64,000 nt of DNA from Paragordius varius (Eukaryota; Animalia; Nematomorpha): positions 3,534,001 to 3,598,000 of the forward strand of contig OZ176054.1 of the NCBI GenBank assembly GCA_964247055.1, written 5' to 3'. Below are positions 26,041 to 39,700 of this stretch, piece after piece; position 1 is the stretch's first letter; every line of letters begins with the position of its first letter. The position numbers and the translations under genes were made by a program. The notes beneath the pieces were generated by a model, which was given only the letters and a program-made list of their open reading frames with translations, did no database searches and was not told the DNA's origin.

Positions 26041-27955
26041 ATGAGAGATTTAATTCCAAGTTTTAATAATTCTCTGGAATTAATATATAATAAGGTTAGA
26101 ATTTTTTTTATTTGAACATATAATGTTTTAAAGTATTCCTTAATTGTTAAATTATTTATTTTAATATCAATAGGGTCAGAAAGATGAATACCGCATTGGA
26201 AAACATATTGAATCTTCTGATCTTGATGCAATCGAAAGCCTTCTTCTTATCAGTCAATATAATCGTAACGTTTATAAACAAAAAACTTTATGGGCTCGGC
26301 ACTGGGAAATGGATTCCAACACTAGCAATTCATCATCAGAGGAATATCTAACAGTTGATAACCCTGATTATCTCTCTCTACATAAGGTTTTATATTTTTC
26401 TTTTTGAAAGGAAGGCTATTTAATATATTGATTCGTTTTCTAATTATTTTTATTTAAATTTGACATACAGGATATTCTGTCCCATAAATTCCAATGCATG
26501 AAAATGCCTCAGCAACCAATCACATCCTCTCAAACTTCTATGAAATCTTTAAACTGTTCCCAGTTAACTGATTTTAATAACAATATACACCCGATAACCC
26601 CGGCCGATAAAATTATTAAATCAAACCTTACCCGATACAGAAATATAGCTCCAAAACCTCCTGTATCTAACTTTGTTCCATCTATTCCAAATTTTATTGA
26701 TAATGATAGCCATGATACCCCTGTGATACCTCAATTTTCTTGTGAAGATCAAATTTCAAATGATACCCCCACTTTAGCTAATAATCAATTAAGTCCAGAA
26801 AATTTGTCCCAACTCATTTCGATTAATGGGAATGTATATATACAATTATTAATACCGACTTGTACCACTTTGTTGCCTTTTGATGCTTCTCAAGCAACTT
26901 CAAATGATAATTCTCAAACTCCGTCACCGATTTTCAACAACCAAGTTGCTGATGACCAGCATTTTGCTACTTACAATGATAAAATATTTTCTTTGGCTCG
27001 TTCCAAAAATCATGTTTGTCCCTATGAAGGATGTGGAAAATCGTACTTTAAAAGCTCTCACCTAAAGGCTCATGAAAGAATACATACCGGTAAAATATTT
27101 ATATATATAGTTTTTTGAGGTAACACTGCAAATAAATGCAGTCGACTACCACAGGCTGATTTTAAACAAAAGTCTTTAAAACCAATTTGGCATAATTTAA
27201 GTTGTTAGATGTGATTAGTCTGATCATTGTTTAATGTTTTATTAATTATATAGGTCTACTTATTTGAAAATAATTTATGGATAATGCTAAATTATTAAGT
27301 CTAGAATAATTTAAGATGTAAATATTAGCAAGTTTTTTAATTTAAACGCTAAAAGCTTAACAGGCTGGCCTGGTTTATTTGTCCCAATTTTGACATAAAC
27401 GATATAATGATATGTTTTAACCTATTATAAATAGGTGAAAAACCTTTCCTTTGTACCTGGGCAGATTGTGGTCGCCAATTTGCGCGCTCTGATGAATTAT
27501 CTCGACATAGGAGGACGCACACTGGTGAAAAAAAGTTTGATTGTCCGCTGTGTGGAAGAAAATTTATGCGTTCCGATCATTTATCCAAGCATGTTAAACG
27601 ACATGCCAAACGAAAGATGAATAATGCATTCCACATATCTGCTAATAATTCAAAAAATGCACTCCCTCATGATGAAAACGCTTCTTGTTTATTAGAATCG
27701 GAGGTAATCACCGATGATGTTGCCATGGAAACGACAATGATCACCTTACCAAATTTTGGGATGGAATCGCAAATTAGTCAAAATTATTCTTTAAATGAGG
27801 ATACGTCTGATAAAAATATAATTTTGAGTGCTAGTTGTCCTACCAACCACCAGTGTAATAATAATTTTACTTATGATTTTTCCACATCGAAATTTCCTAA
27901 AATATCTGTGAAAAATCCAAATCTATATGAATATTCATTGTTATCTGTATGTTAA
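26041..27955 (+). CDS. KLF10/11: Krueppel-like factor, KLF10/11 (TIEG/cabut) type, ~468 aa
   Basis: Exons 26041-26094, 26174-26386, 26471-27089, 27435-27955 (1407 nt, in phase). Three C2H2 fingers: [68 protein letters not shown]-terminal Sin3-interaction-like helix [12 protein letters not shown]. Confidence 0.92.
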
Positions 27956-28679
27956 TATAAATAATTGAAAATATTCTGATGTATATCTTATGCAATTAAT
28001 ATAATAAATATCTTAATCGTATTATACAATTATTTGACTTCTATTAAATAAAGTTTCCGTTGCTTTACGGTATATTCAGGTTGTTTAAAGTAAACAAAAG
28101 ATTATGATATGAAAAGATTGGTTTTTCGAAAGTTATGAAATGGCGATATTTATATTAGCCTCGATTTTATCCTAAACCGATTCTTTTCAGCTTTTACATA
28201 AATTTAGCTTATATAACCTTTGATCATACACATTTTTCTTAAATGGATCTTTATAACTCACTAATGCTATTCATCATTAATTAGAGTCATGTATCGTTAA
28301 ATTTATCAAAAAAATTTAAATGGGTATTGTTAAAGAATGGGAAAACATTAAATTCAATATTTCATTGTATTTTTTTAAACACTTGGAGACAACCTAATCA
28401 TTTCGATCCTTCGATTCTTGGGATCGGTGGTGACCTTAATAGTCCTGTTTAAAATTAAATATTTCAAAAAGGGATAAATTGAAACCAACCTAAAAATTAT
28501 AACATCGAACCTGTTATAAAAAAAAGATTTACTAAAAAAACTTGCTAATGTCCATATGTTCCTATATGTTCTTGGAAATATTGCTTCAAAACCAAAAAAT
28601 TGTTCTATGGCGGCGAATTTTTTAGGGCTTAAAACTTTTCTTAACAACTCATTTAAATAACCCCCTTTACTAAAATATT

Positions 28680-29720
28680 TTTTTAAAGGGTAATAAATAT
28701 TTTAGGCCCTTATTGAACTCACAAAGTCTCATAAATTTTCTGAAATTTGGCTCCAAAGGCATGCTGTATCGATATAGTCAAGCATTTTTACGCGGGTAAC
28801 CCCCTACCCAGAGCCTATTTAACCGCTAATTTAAAAAATCGGCTCGACCTAATTTTTTGTCTTTTTACGGGTAATATTTCAGGCCCTTATAAAACTTATA
28901 TGGCATGATTTCTGAAAATTAAATCCTAAACGACGCAATTTTTATATGGTGGCGCAGTTTTAGGCGGGTAGCTCACTACCCAGAGGCCAATATCAAAAAG
29001 ACGTTTGATAATATTTTTTGCCTTTATATGGGAATACCTGGAATCGTCATTCATTCCATATGCTCTTAATAGTTTATAGAAGAATGGCTTCAAAACTAAA
29101 TAATGGTTCAATGATAGGGCATTTTTTAGGGCGTAAAGCGCTATTTAACCCATAATTTAAAAAAACGCCTCGACTTAATTTTGCCTTTTTACGGGTAATA
29201 TTTCAGGCTCTTATAAAACCTATATGGCCTGATAAGTTTTCTGAAAATTAACTCCTAAACAACGCAATGATATGGTGGCGCAGTTGTAGGCGGATAGCTC
29301 CCTACCCAGAGGCTGATACAAAAAAGCGCCCGATTAAAATTTTTGCCTTTTTACGGAGAATACCTGGAATCATGATTGATTCCATATGCTCTCATTCGTT
29401 TGCCTCAAAATTAAAAAATTCTATGATAGCGCATTTTTTAGGGCGTAAAGGGCCTCTTTAAAAGCTAATTCAAAAAAAAACCGCTCGACTTAAATTTTTG
29501 CCTTTTTACGGGTAATTTTTTAAGCAGCTAATGAACTCATGGCCTGAGAGGTTTTTTGAAATTTAGCCCCAAAGGCAATTTTAGTATGACGGGTCAGTTT
29601 TTAGCGGGTATCTCCTTACCCAGCAGCTATCATCAAAGAAACGCTTGACTAAAGTTTTTGTCTTTTAACAGAGAATACCTGAAATCCTCATTAAATTAAG
29701 TTCTCATACTTTGGGCGAAA
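28680..29720. repeat. Diverged tandem array, ~160-bp monomer arranged as a ~320-bp dimer
   Basis: TTTTACGGGTAAT recurs at 28867, 29191, 29508 (ACGG position). The alternating variant ...GAATACCTG recurs at 29033, 29359, 29674. CCCTACCCAGAG and GGGCGTAAAG motifs recur with the same period. Confidence 0.8.
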
Positions 29721-31072
29721 AATAAATTTAAATAATTATTTTGTGAACTTAATTTTTTTGAAAAAAGTGGCACTTTACAGGGGGGGCGGAAAAGAGGGCC
29801 TAAATTAAAAAAGCCTGCCAACTATTATCGGCGCAATCGAAAAAAAGTAAAAAAAATCATATTTTAAATGATCCAACACGTTTTCCGAAAAATTGTCTGA
29901 AAGACACTATTTTTGTGGACTTGTGATATCAAAAAAATTCGTTTTTTACGGGTGGGCCGAACTTGGGGCCCAATTCAAAAAATTGGCGAAGCTATTGTCG
30001 GGGTATTCATTAATGATTATGTTTTTTCGATATTTGGATTTAAATGAGTACACCAGTTTTCCGGAAACAGATCACAAAGCCACCACTTTCCATTTTTATG
30101 AATATATAGATTATTATTATATATAAAAATAATGTAGACAGGTCAGCTTTAATAAATTTTTCACTAGAGGTTTAACAATAAATAAAAGTAATATGAGTTA
30201 TTTTGTAAAGAATCTTCTTTTATATTGCGGTGCATCAACACTGCATCCAAAATCAGGGCTTATAATAAAATAACCTGTTGAAATATATGTAATCTGATAG
30301 AAAATGTAGTGATTTGTCATGAAGTTTTTGATATAACACTACATTCCATTTTCATTTCTTTGTCCTAGTTTACATAAACGGGTAGTTATTTGCATGTCGT
30401 CATATTATACATTTATTTGCCTGTGCATTAGAATTTAAAAAATTTATGGAAAAAAATGTCGGTATAAAAATTTAAGACGAGAATTTATTACAACTTTATA
30501 TCTTTTGAAAAAATTTATCTGCATAATGCGCTTAAAGGTTAAAGCAAGCATATTTTCGGCTATATACTTTAAGTACTTTTTAAGATATAATCAAATTCTA
30601 AATCTCTCCAGCATATAAAATTAACCTTAAAGTTATTTACTTTTTTATGTGCTTCATATCTAAAATTGGCAAAATTTACGAACATTTTGTTAAATAAAAT
30701 TTTTTTAGTGAAAGTTAAATGCTTAGTTCAAAAATTATCTTTAAAATATATCATTACCTAGAAAAAGCAAAACTATATTTTTTAAAAAATGAAATTTTTA
30801 AGATGTGAGCTTCCAAAGTCTTAAGTTTTTACCTTTCTAAAATGGGGTTTCCTCAAAATAAACGGAAAAATGCCTGGATTGGCTTTGATAATTTTAAATA
30901 TGTACACTAAATTTTAATAACAAAAAATATATTTATTAAAAAATGCATGCTTATTAGAAAAATTTAATATTTAGTAATATTTTGTGTGAGCGCCCTTCAT
31001 ACATTTTTAGACATGATGAAAACGGTATAAAAAGGCTTTTAGATATTATAAAAACATTTTTGCCATATCTAA

Positions 31073-31590
31073 CACTTTGATTCTAATTGGGGTATAAAAA
31101 TACCCCAGACTTTATTTAAGTTTATGTTTTTAAAAGACTACTGAAAGAAACGGTTCCAATTTAAATTTATGATTCTATCCCAAAAAATTATATAAATACG
31201 ACGAAATATCTAAATAAAATTTTGAAAAAAACTACATCGATGCCATTTTTGTTTTGCAATATTTTCTCAAAATATCACGTTTATTTTATTTTAAAGCTAA
31301 AATTAAAGCTAATTTTTTATTTAAATTACATCTATCATTAATATAAGCAGAAAAAGTGGCTATTTGTTTATTTTAAATTTAGCTAAGGCACACATGTCAG
31401 GTTGACTAAATTTTTACCTTAAAATTAGTAATATCCAGTTTTTTTGAATAACCCTTTTTATATATTTCAGCTAATTAATGTTAAATTGAAGGCAAATATT
31501 TGCCATTGTTTCATCTCATTCCATATATTTTAAATTATTTAATTTTAAACAGGAGTAGGGTATCCAACTACCCCAATTTAAATCAAACTA
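31073..31590. mobile_element. piggyBac-like MITE family C, copy 2
   Basis: CACTTTGATTCTAATTGGGGTA...TACCCCAATTTAAATCAAA; colinear with 18489-19038. Confidence 0.65.
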
Positions 31591-33711
31591 AAAGGAATGT
31601 GTTGTACAAGTAATAATGATGCTGAACATTTCCATGGCTTCAGAAATTTAATAAGATCAATTTATTTAAATTTTGGAGAATTTTCAAAATTTATAATTAA
31701 CATAAATTCTTAGTCGAAAGACCATTTAATTCAAACTTCTAAGGTGAGAGGAATTCAGCATTATCAGGAATAGAAAAAGTCTTTTTAAAATGTTTTAAAG
31801 CGTTATTTTACCGATTCCATCATGCACAAATATATTATTAAATATGTTCCAAAAAAAATTTGCAGAAAAAGTACGCTTTAATAAAATATTTGGTTGATAC
31901 TAATTAGCATATATTTGAAATTTTCATCTCATAATTGGCATTTTTGCGTTAAAGGCTAATTTAGAAGCGCAAAATTTAAGGGCTCTACGACACCGCTTTT
32001 GCAAATTAAAATTTCTTTAGATTATTTTTGCTTTTTATAGGTATGGTATATTTTAAGGATATTTTTAGAAATGAAATTTAGTTACCACCAAAAAAATTTT
32101 ATCTATAAAAATGTACCCGAATTTTGCCATTTTCGATAAGGAGCAGTTACCACAAATGTGTAAATACTTCTTAAGTACCAAAACCAAAAGTACCATGTAA
32201 ATCGCGATACAATTCCCTATTAGAGCATATATATTTCATCATGTTATTTTTTATACCATATTTAAAATTTGATAAACCAATTATTTTAACATTTAATTTA
32301 TTTTTCTAGATGTGATGACATTTTGGCGTAGTTCCTCCCAAAGGATTCAGTAGTAATCGAACTACTTTAAAAGTGTTTATGGTATATAATTAAACTCTAT
32401 TTTCCTATTCTAAAAAATAGAGTTTCCAAGTTTTTTAACTCATGAGTCTAAAATTCAGATAGCTTAAACTGATTGAATCGAAAATATGAGTAAATATAAT
32501 ATATATAAAAAATTATCTGGTGATTTGCGGTAAAAACCAAAGTTTATTTGCATATTTTTTAACTATATATTATACATTTATGTTTTTGTATTCAAGATTT
32601 AAAAAAATAAAAAAATAATGGGGTGAAAGGTGTGAAATGAAAGTTTTACTATTTTACTTTGATTAAAAAAATTATTTGCATCATGTGCCTAAGAGGCTAG
32701 AAAAAACATATAATTCGCAATGAAATTTTTAAGATTTTTAAATTTATGATTTATAAACAACTACACCCAAAAGTCATTAAAAATATTAAAGTTGTAAATT
32801 GTTGAGTATTATCGAATTATATAGTCTGTTTTCATAATCTTTTAAAGCGTTTTTATACATCCATCATGCTTCAAAATATTAAAGTAGACTTCAATAAAAA
32901 TTTGCTGAAAAATGAATAAAAGGGATAATTTTTTAAATATTTTAGTTGATGTCGGCATACAATAATTTTTTTTGATCTAGCCCATTTTAAGAGGGAAAAA
33001 ATTTGGGATTTTCGAAACCCTCTAAAGATATTACATATGTTATGTTGTATTTAAGTTATATTTTTGAAATCAACGTAGCTTTTATAGCTATCTTTAAAAA
33101 TCAAATTTTTTTTCTTAAGGACAACTTACCACATTCATACTCTTATATCACTCGTTAGAACCAAACCAACCATGATAACCCTGATCTATGGACACTGTGT
33201 AAATGGTCTGGGGTCTCTAATTACCTCCAATTTTATGATGTGTTTATAACAGATTTTAAGTTTTAATACTCTCCATAAAGATAATATGTTTATAGTAATA
33301 ATAAATAAAATCTTTTCAAATAATCGTTAGAAGCTCTTGGGAAAATATTCCAAAATATATTCTACACATAATTTAAAGGTAGTTAAGTGTTAAATGAGGA
33401 ATAAAGTTTTTCATAAAAACAAGGTATATCAAAAAATAAAATTGTACATAATTATGTTATATTACCAAAAATTGAAAATATATTTAATGGAACGATTTAG
33501 AGCATATGTTTTTCATTTAACATAAAGACAGAATTTCAACCATCAATTAATTCGATCGGTTTAACAAATGCCTTTTAACAGAATATTAGATCCTAACCTT
33601 TAAATATGGTATTATCAATTTAATATTTAGAGAAAGCATTTATTATTTTATTATAAAATTCTTATATTAATGAATAAATACCCATAATATGGATTTTGAT
33701 TTGCATAAACA

Positions 33712-36700
33712 ATGAAATTATCTTCGTCTCATCATCATCCACATAGTCATAATTTAGCAGTTCCTAACAGCCATCATGCACAATCAACTAATAACAATAA
33801 TAAAGGTAATCAGGTTCCAGATCCGTCAAATATAACATTAGGTAAAAATGGAGGACCTATGCCCTCAAACTTTCCTGCTGCCCTACCTAGTTCGTCTTCG
33901 GGAGGTTCCTCTAACGTTCTCGTGGTTGGTGAATTCTTTAGGGTTGGTAAGAAAATTGGTTGTGGTAATTTTGGTGAACTTCGACTTGGAAAGAATCTGA
34001 TTAATGGTGAGCATGTTGCTATTAAACTTGAACCAGTCAAAAGTCGTGCACCTCAATTGCATTTAGAGTACCGTTTTTACCAAATGCTCCAAGCCACATA
34101 TATAATACACTTGGTAGATTCCTCAACCAAACACTTGTATCAATTGCCTGCCCATAATCATCGATTGTTTGATAATAATTTCTATCCTATCTCGCATCCC
34201 GAGAAAGAATTTTACAAGGAAGCTGCTTTAAAATATTCCGCGGATAAAAATTCTGCAACAAACTCAAACTTACCCCTGCCTGTCACATCATCCTGTCCGA
34301 TAGGTATTACATTTTATGTCCCTAAAATAGGTTTTACATTAATTTACATAGTCTATAAGAAATAATACTGTTTAACACTGAATCCTTTTTAGCTCACTTA
34401 TTCAAAATTTGATTTGCCAATTTATACCAATATATATCTATATCTATATATAAGCTGGTTAAAAACAAGTTTTAATTTTTTCCAAATGTTGAATAAAATT
34501 GTTTTGGGTTTTTATTATATTCTTTGTTGGTAAAAAAAAGAAATAAATTTTGAACCTAAATGTTTTTAATAAAATGTTAACCTGCATATGTTTTAATTAT
34601 TTTACTTGTTGATGAAATTAAAAACAACCGTGAAAACTAATTATATATTGATTTTAATAGTTTTCCTTTTAAACAATACTTTCAGTATTATTGAGTTACA
34701 GAATAAATTATCCAAATATTCGAACATTTCCTTGTCCTTACTCTTTATAAAGTGTCTCTAACCAGCTAGTTTATGATAATTTATTCTGTACTGTCCATAT
34801 TTCTTCCATAATCCTTATTATATGGTGAAATGTGGACAAGCTAATAAAAAATATCTATTTAATTATAATACAGTATAAATATTTAGATTTATATTAATTT
34901 TTGAAAGTTAGGGAACTCTCTCATTATATATATTTATTTGGTTTAAAATTGATTGAAAAAATTGTTATTTGGTTTCTTCCTTACAAACCCTATTTTATTT
35001 TATAATTTTAACAGAGTTTTTGTCATTTAGAAACATTTTCCTTGTGTAATGTTAGTCAATCGCATTTTCGACAATAAATATTATTCCTTATATCACGTTT
35101 GCTAAAATTACATTTACAGAAATCGCCCAAAAATATTTAACAAAAAAGAATATATCTTTTAACACAAATATTATTGCCTATTGCTCGTCGGTAGGAATAA
35201 AAAAATATTCTTATGAATTAACTAGAAAATGGCGTAATATTAAAACGACTCTTTGTACGTTAATATTTGTCCATAAAAATATATAATTTATATATGATTA
35301 AAGATCATATTCCACGTATAATGGAATAATTTTTTTTTAACCTTAACAGGTAAATTTTACAAAAATACAGGATGAATGAGTATTCATTGCTAACTTTTCA
35401 TTAATTATTTAGCTTTTTTGGAAAAGGGCTATTGACTTTGGTTTTTACGACTATTATTATTAGTCATTAATAATTTTTTTCGCTATATCTGCTGTCTGGC
35501 AATATTTAATATAAAAAAGCTAGCAATTTATACTTAATTACACTTTAACTTTAAAAACAAATTAATTTGACTGTTATCTATCTATCAATTATTTTTTTAT
35601 AAAGGTATTCCACACGTTTACTACTTTGGCCATTGTGGAAAGTATAATGCCCTTGTTATGGAACTGCTAGGTCCTAGCCTAGAGGACCTGTTTGATATTT
35701 GTGATCGCACCTTTTCCCTCAAAACGGTGCTCATGATAGCCCGACAGTTAATTACACGCCTGGAATATGTTCATAGTCGCAGGTTAATATACCGTGACAT
35801 AAAACCCGAAAACTTTTTGATTGGTCGTAGACGGTCAATTTACTCGGCGGCGGCCATGTTGTCGTCCGAAAATGTGGATGTGGGAACGAGTACTAATACT
35901 GTGCCTTTACCTACAACAACGAATGTTGCGCCACTCAGGGCCGACAAAATAATTCATATCATTGGTAAAATATGTTTTTGATTCTTAACTTGTGAACAAA
36001 ATTTAAAGTTGTATCTTTTATTACGACAAGACATATCCAAAATTTGTAACTTTTATTTGAATTAACAGGATAAAAATCTTTTGCATCGCCCGGTTATAAT
36101 ACGCTAATTCTATATTAATAATATTTTATATTTGTTTGTTTTATAATTTAGTAAAAATTTGTTGTCCATAATTAATTGCACATAAAGAAGAAAGTGGAGT
36201 CTATATATCCTCATTTTAAAATTATCAACTGGAGCGTATATAAATGACTCCTCTATCTTCTTTTGTATTACTTGAGTTAATTATAAATAAAAGTCATGTA
36301 TTTGTGGCAATATAATTGTGTAAGAACATTACAATATAATAAATATTAATTAAAAAATATTTCTTTACCCCGGCAATTTTAATATTCTACAAATTTGAAC
36401 GTTTAAAAATATATAAATACATTTAATATCATCATTTTATACTACATGTCGGGTTTTGAACTATATGGAAAAAAATCAACTTCATCTTTTTGGTTATATA
36501 CCGATAATAAGGCACTGAATACTAGAATCATTAATTTCTAAAAATAAATTTTAAAATTTAGCATCCAATTTTATTAATGATCATCATTTTTTACCCTATT
36601 TTTTTCAAAAAAAATTTTGGGTTAATAAAAGCGATCACACAGTCACGCTTATAAATGCATTCATAACGGTTAGATATAACCAACTAGTTTTGTTACTGGT

Positions 36701-39700
36701 AATTATAAGATTAAAGACTTATATATCTTTTCCCCCCATTATAATAACGTTTTTCTTATGAAGTTTAAAAGGTTTTCAGACGCTACTTGAAAAACATTGT
36801 CACAGGGATAAGAAATACATTTTCAACTTTATTTGATTTATTTACACATATTTTATCGCAAATATGATGATATAGATTTTGGTCTTGCCAAAGAATACAT
36901 AGACGCTGATACTGGAAAACACATTCCATACCGCGAACACAAAAGTTTGACTGGTACGGCACGCTATATGAGCATTAATACGCACCTGGGCAAAGAACAG
37001 AGTCGACGCGATGACTTAGAAGCCCTGGGCCACATGTTTATGTACTTTTTGCGTGGAAGTTTACCTTGGCAAGGTCTTAAAGCTGACACGCTTAAAGAAA
37101 GGTATGCGCTAACATTTTTTAGACCTAGATTAAAATGATAATTTGAATTTTCGCAAAACAAGAGCTTTAAATTTAACTATATCCGATGCATGACAGGATC
37201 TCTATTAATGATTGAACGTAAAACAAAAGATTCTTGATAAAAATTAAAGAGAATTGCAAAAGTATATTACAGATATACAAACGTAAAATATATAATATCC
37301 ATTTGGTTTTTCTTTATTGTTTTTTTTCGTTTAGTGGTAATAGGTGCCTTTCACCCTAAGATTGTCATGTATAATTTTTTACCTGTATGAGTTTTGCCTA
37401 AATACTTAAATATTTAAGTAATTATTCGATTTTATCTAATCTGATATGTGATAAAATTTGTAGTATTAATAATGTATTTTTTTGCAATTCCCAAGTTTAA
37501 AAATCGGTGCTACCATTTAAATTTAAAAAGTGAAGTGAAAGCAAACATATTTCCTCTTTTTTAATTTAATTGATTGTTTTGGCTTAAAAAATATTTCTAA
37601 ATCATCGCTAACTATCTATATATTTGTTTGTCGTATAGATACCAAAAGATTGGTGATACGAAACGTGCTACACCCCTTGAAGTATTATGTGCCTATCACC
37701 CCGATGAATTTGCCACATACCTCAGATATGTGCGGAGATTAGACTTTTTTGAAACTCCTGATTATGCATACCTCCGTTCTCTATTTGAGTAAAACCTTTA
37801 TATTTAGTTAGCCACCTTGTATAATCAACAAAAATATAATGTTCTAAGGAATTATTCTTCTTTTAGAAATAAAAGTATCGTTTATTGCTATATATATATA
37901 TATATATATATATGAAAATTTCTCACTAATTAAAGTTATACTTAATATTGAAAGAAGAGTACAATAGAGTATGTTAAACACGTTACAACTAAGGTGAAAA
38001 ATGGATCAAGTATTATTACTTATACATTTAAATAATAAAAAGTTTTCAATTTGGATTTATGTATAATATCAAAAAAGATATTTTTCATAATTTACTCTGT
38101 TGTGCTAAATATATTGGCCTATAATTGAATTTGCTTTATATTAATGATTTTATAGAATCTGCATTTAATTGTAAGAGAAAAATAAAATATTTGAGAAAAA
38201 AATGGCTTATAGTCGATTTGTATTTTTTCATTTATTGGCAACTAATAATCGAAATTTTACTTATATGTAAGTTTAATTTTTCGTTTTCCTCTTTAAGTGT
38301 TTGCGATGCCCCTGTATAAAACTTACTTTTCGGAAAAAATAATGATTTTTTTGGGTAATTCTTGGACATATACAGGTGTAATATTCGCTATTCATAAAAA
38401 AATATTTTTGCGCTAAAAATAGGTCCACTGTTTTTCTGGCTCCGCCATTTAGGCCGGGTCTTATCAACACATTGTCAGTATTTAAGGATTATTAATAGCA
38501 ACATTTGTATAACTATTACCTTTAAAGAATATTATATTCTAAACGGTAAATAGACTCATAAATATATTTGTGGGGAAAAATCAAATAATAAAAAAATAAT
38601 GTCAGCAGACGAACAATTTCACCTATCGAAATTGCCAAAACAATCACGTGATTGTTTATCATAAAGTTTAAAATATGCAGTTACAAACAAATAAGTAATA
38701 ACATGGCCATCCAAAAAAGTTTAATTTATGTAAGTGTATATAATTTATATGATGCAAAAACAATATAGTGATCTCTTTGTCCGACGCGGTTTCCATGACG
38801 ATGGTATCTTTGATTGGACCGACAAACAATCATCTTCGTCCACAAACACCGCCTCCAATACCAATAATTTGAATGTAAATGCAAATCCACCACAATCATC
38901 ACAAACTACTACTAATCACCCTTCTCATGCACATGTGATTCAACAACGAGCACTTACGACAGACCTAATAACCACATCAACGCAACATAATACTAATGCC
39001 AACAACAATTTGTTGCTCGGGGAACCTAGTGGATCCAAAGATCCGCTTGTGTCCGTTGCCACGGTAACGACGACCATTGCCGGTAGCAACAGCACTAAAC
39101 TTTTGTTACTGCCTAAAAGTAGTGGAGCTGCGGCCGGAGTCCAGACCGCTGCGATCTCCTCAACTTCAACGACACTGGGAGGTTTGGTTGGCGCGCGGAA
39201 ACTTACAAATCAACTGCCACCCTACCAAGCCTTGGGGGCGCCACCCATCTCTTCATCCATGTCTGCAAATCACGCCAAAAGTATAATATTATATATATAG
39301 GGCATAAAATAATTTTTTTCTTTGATGTTATGCTATCTGGCAATCTTAAATGAAAAATAAAAATAGGGTCACGTTATTTCTCACTTTCAATAAATGAGTG
39401 CGTCATACTCGAATTATATTCATTTTTTCATATTGTCAACAATATTCACCGTAGAAATAATTAAAAATATCCAAGACATAAAAGCATGCTGCCTAAGGAA
39501 AAATACTTATCCCCATCATGCAATGATAGTTAGAAAATTACACTAAATATTGATGTATCGTCTTTGTGTAATGGCTAGCCAATGTATCCGTATAGAAGCT
39601 GCCTGTAATATTTGCGATCCTGCAAGGCGTTATCATCAAGGTTGGCAACACTTAAATCATTATTTATTGTTTTTTCCCAGTTAAATGTTGGTCTGCCCCA

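Noticed and set aside
26184-26351. 55-aa hydrophobic ATG-initiated ORF overlapping KLF exon 2
   Set aside because: The alternative frame carries the conserved SID motif and joins neighbouring exons in phase; there is no support for the short ORF.
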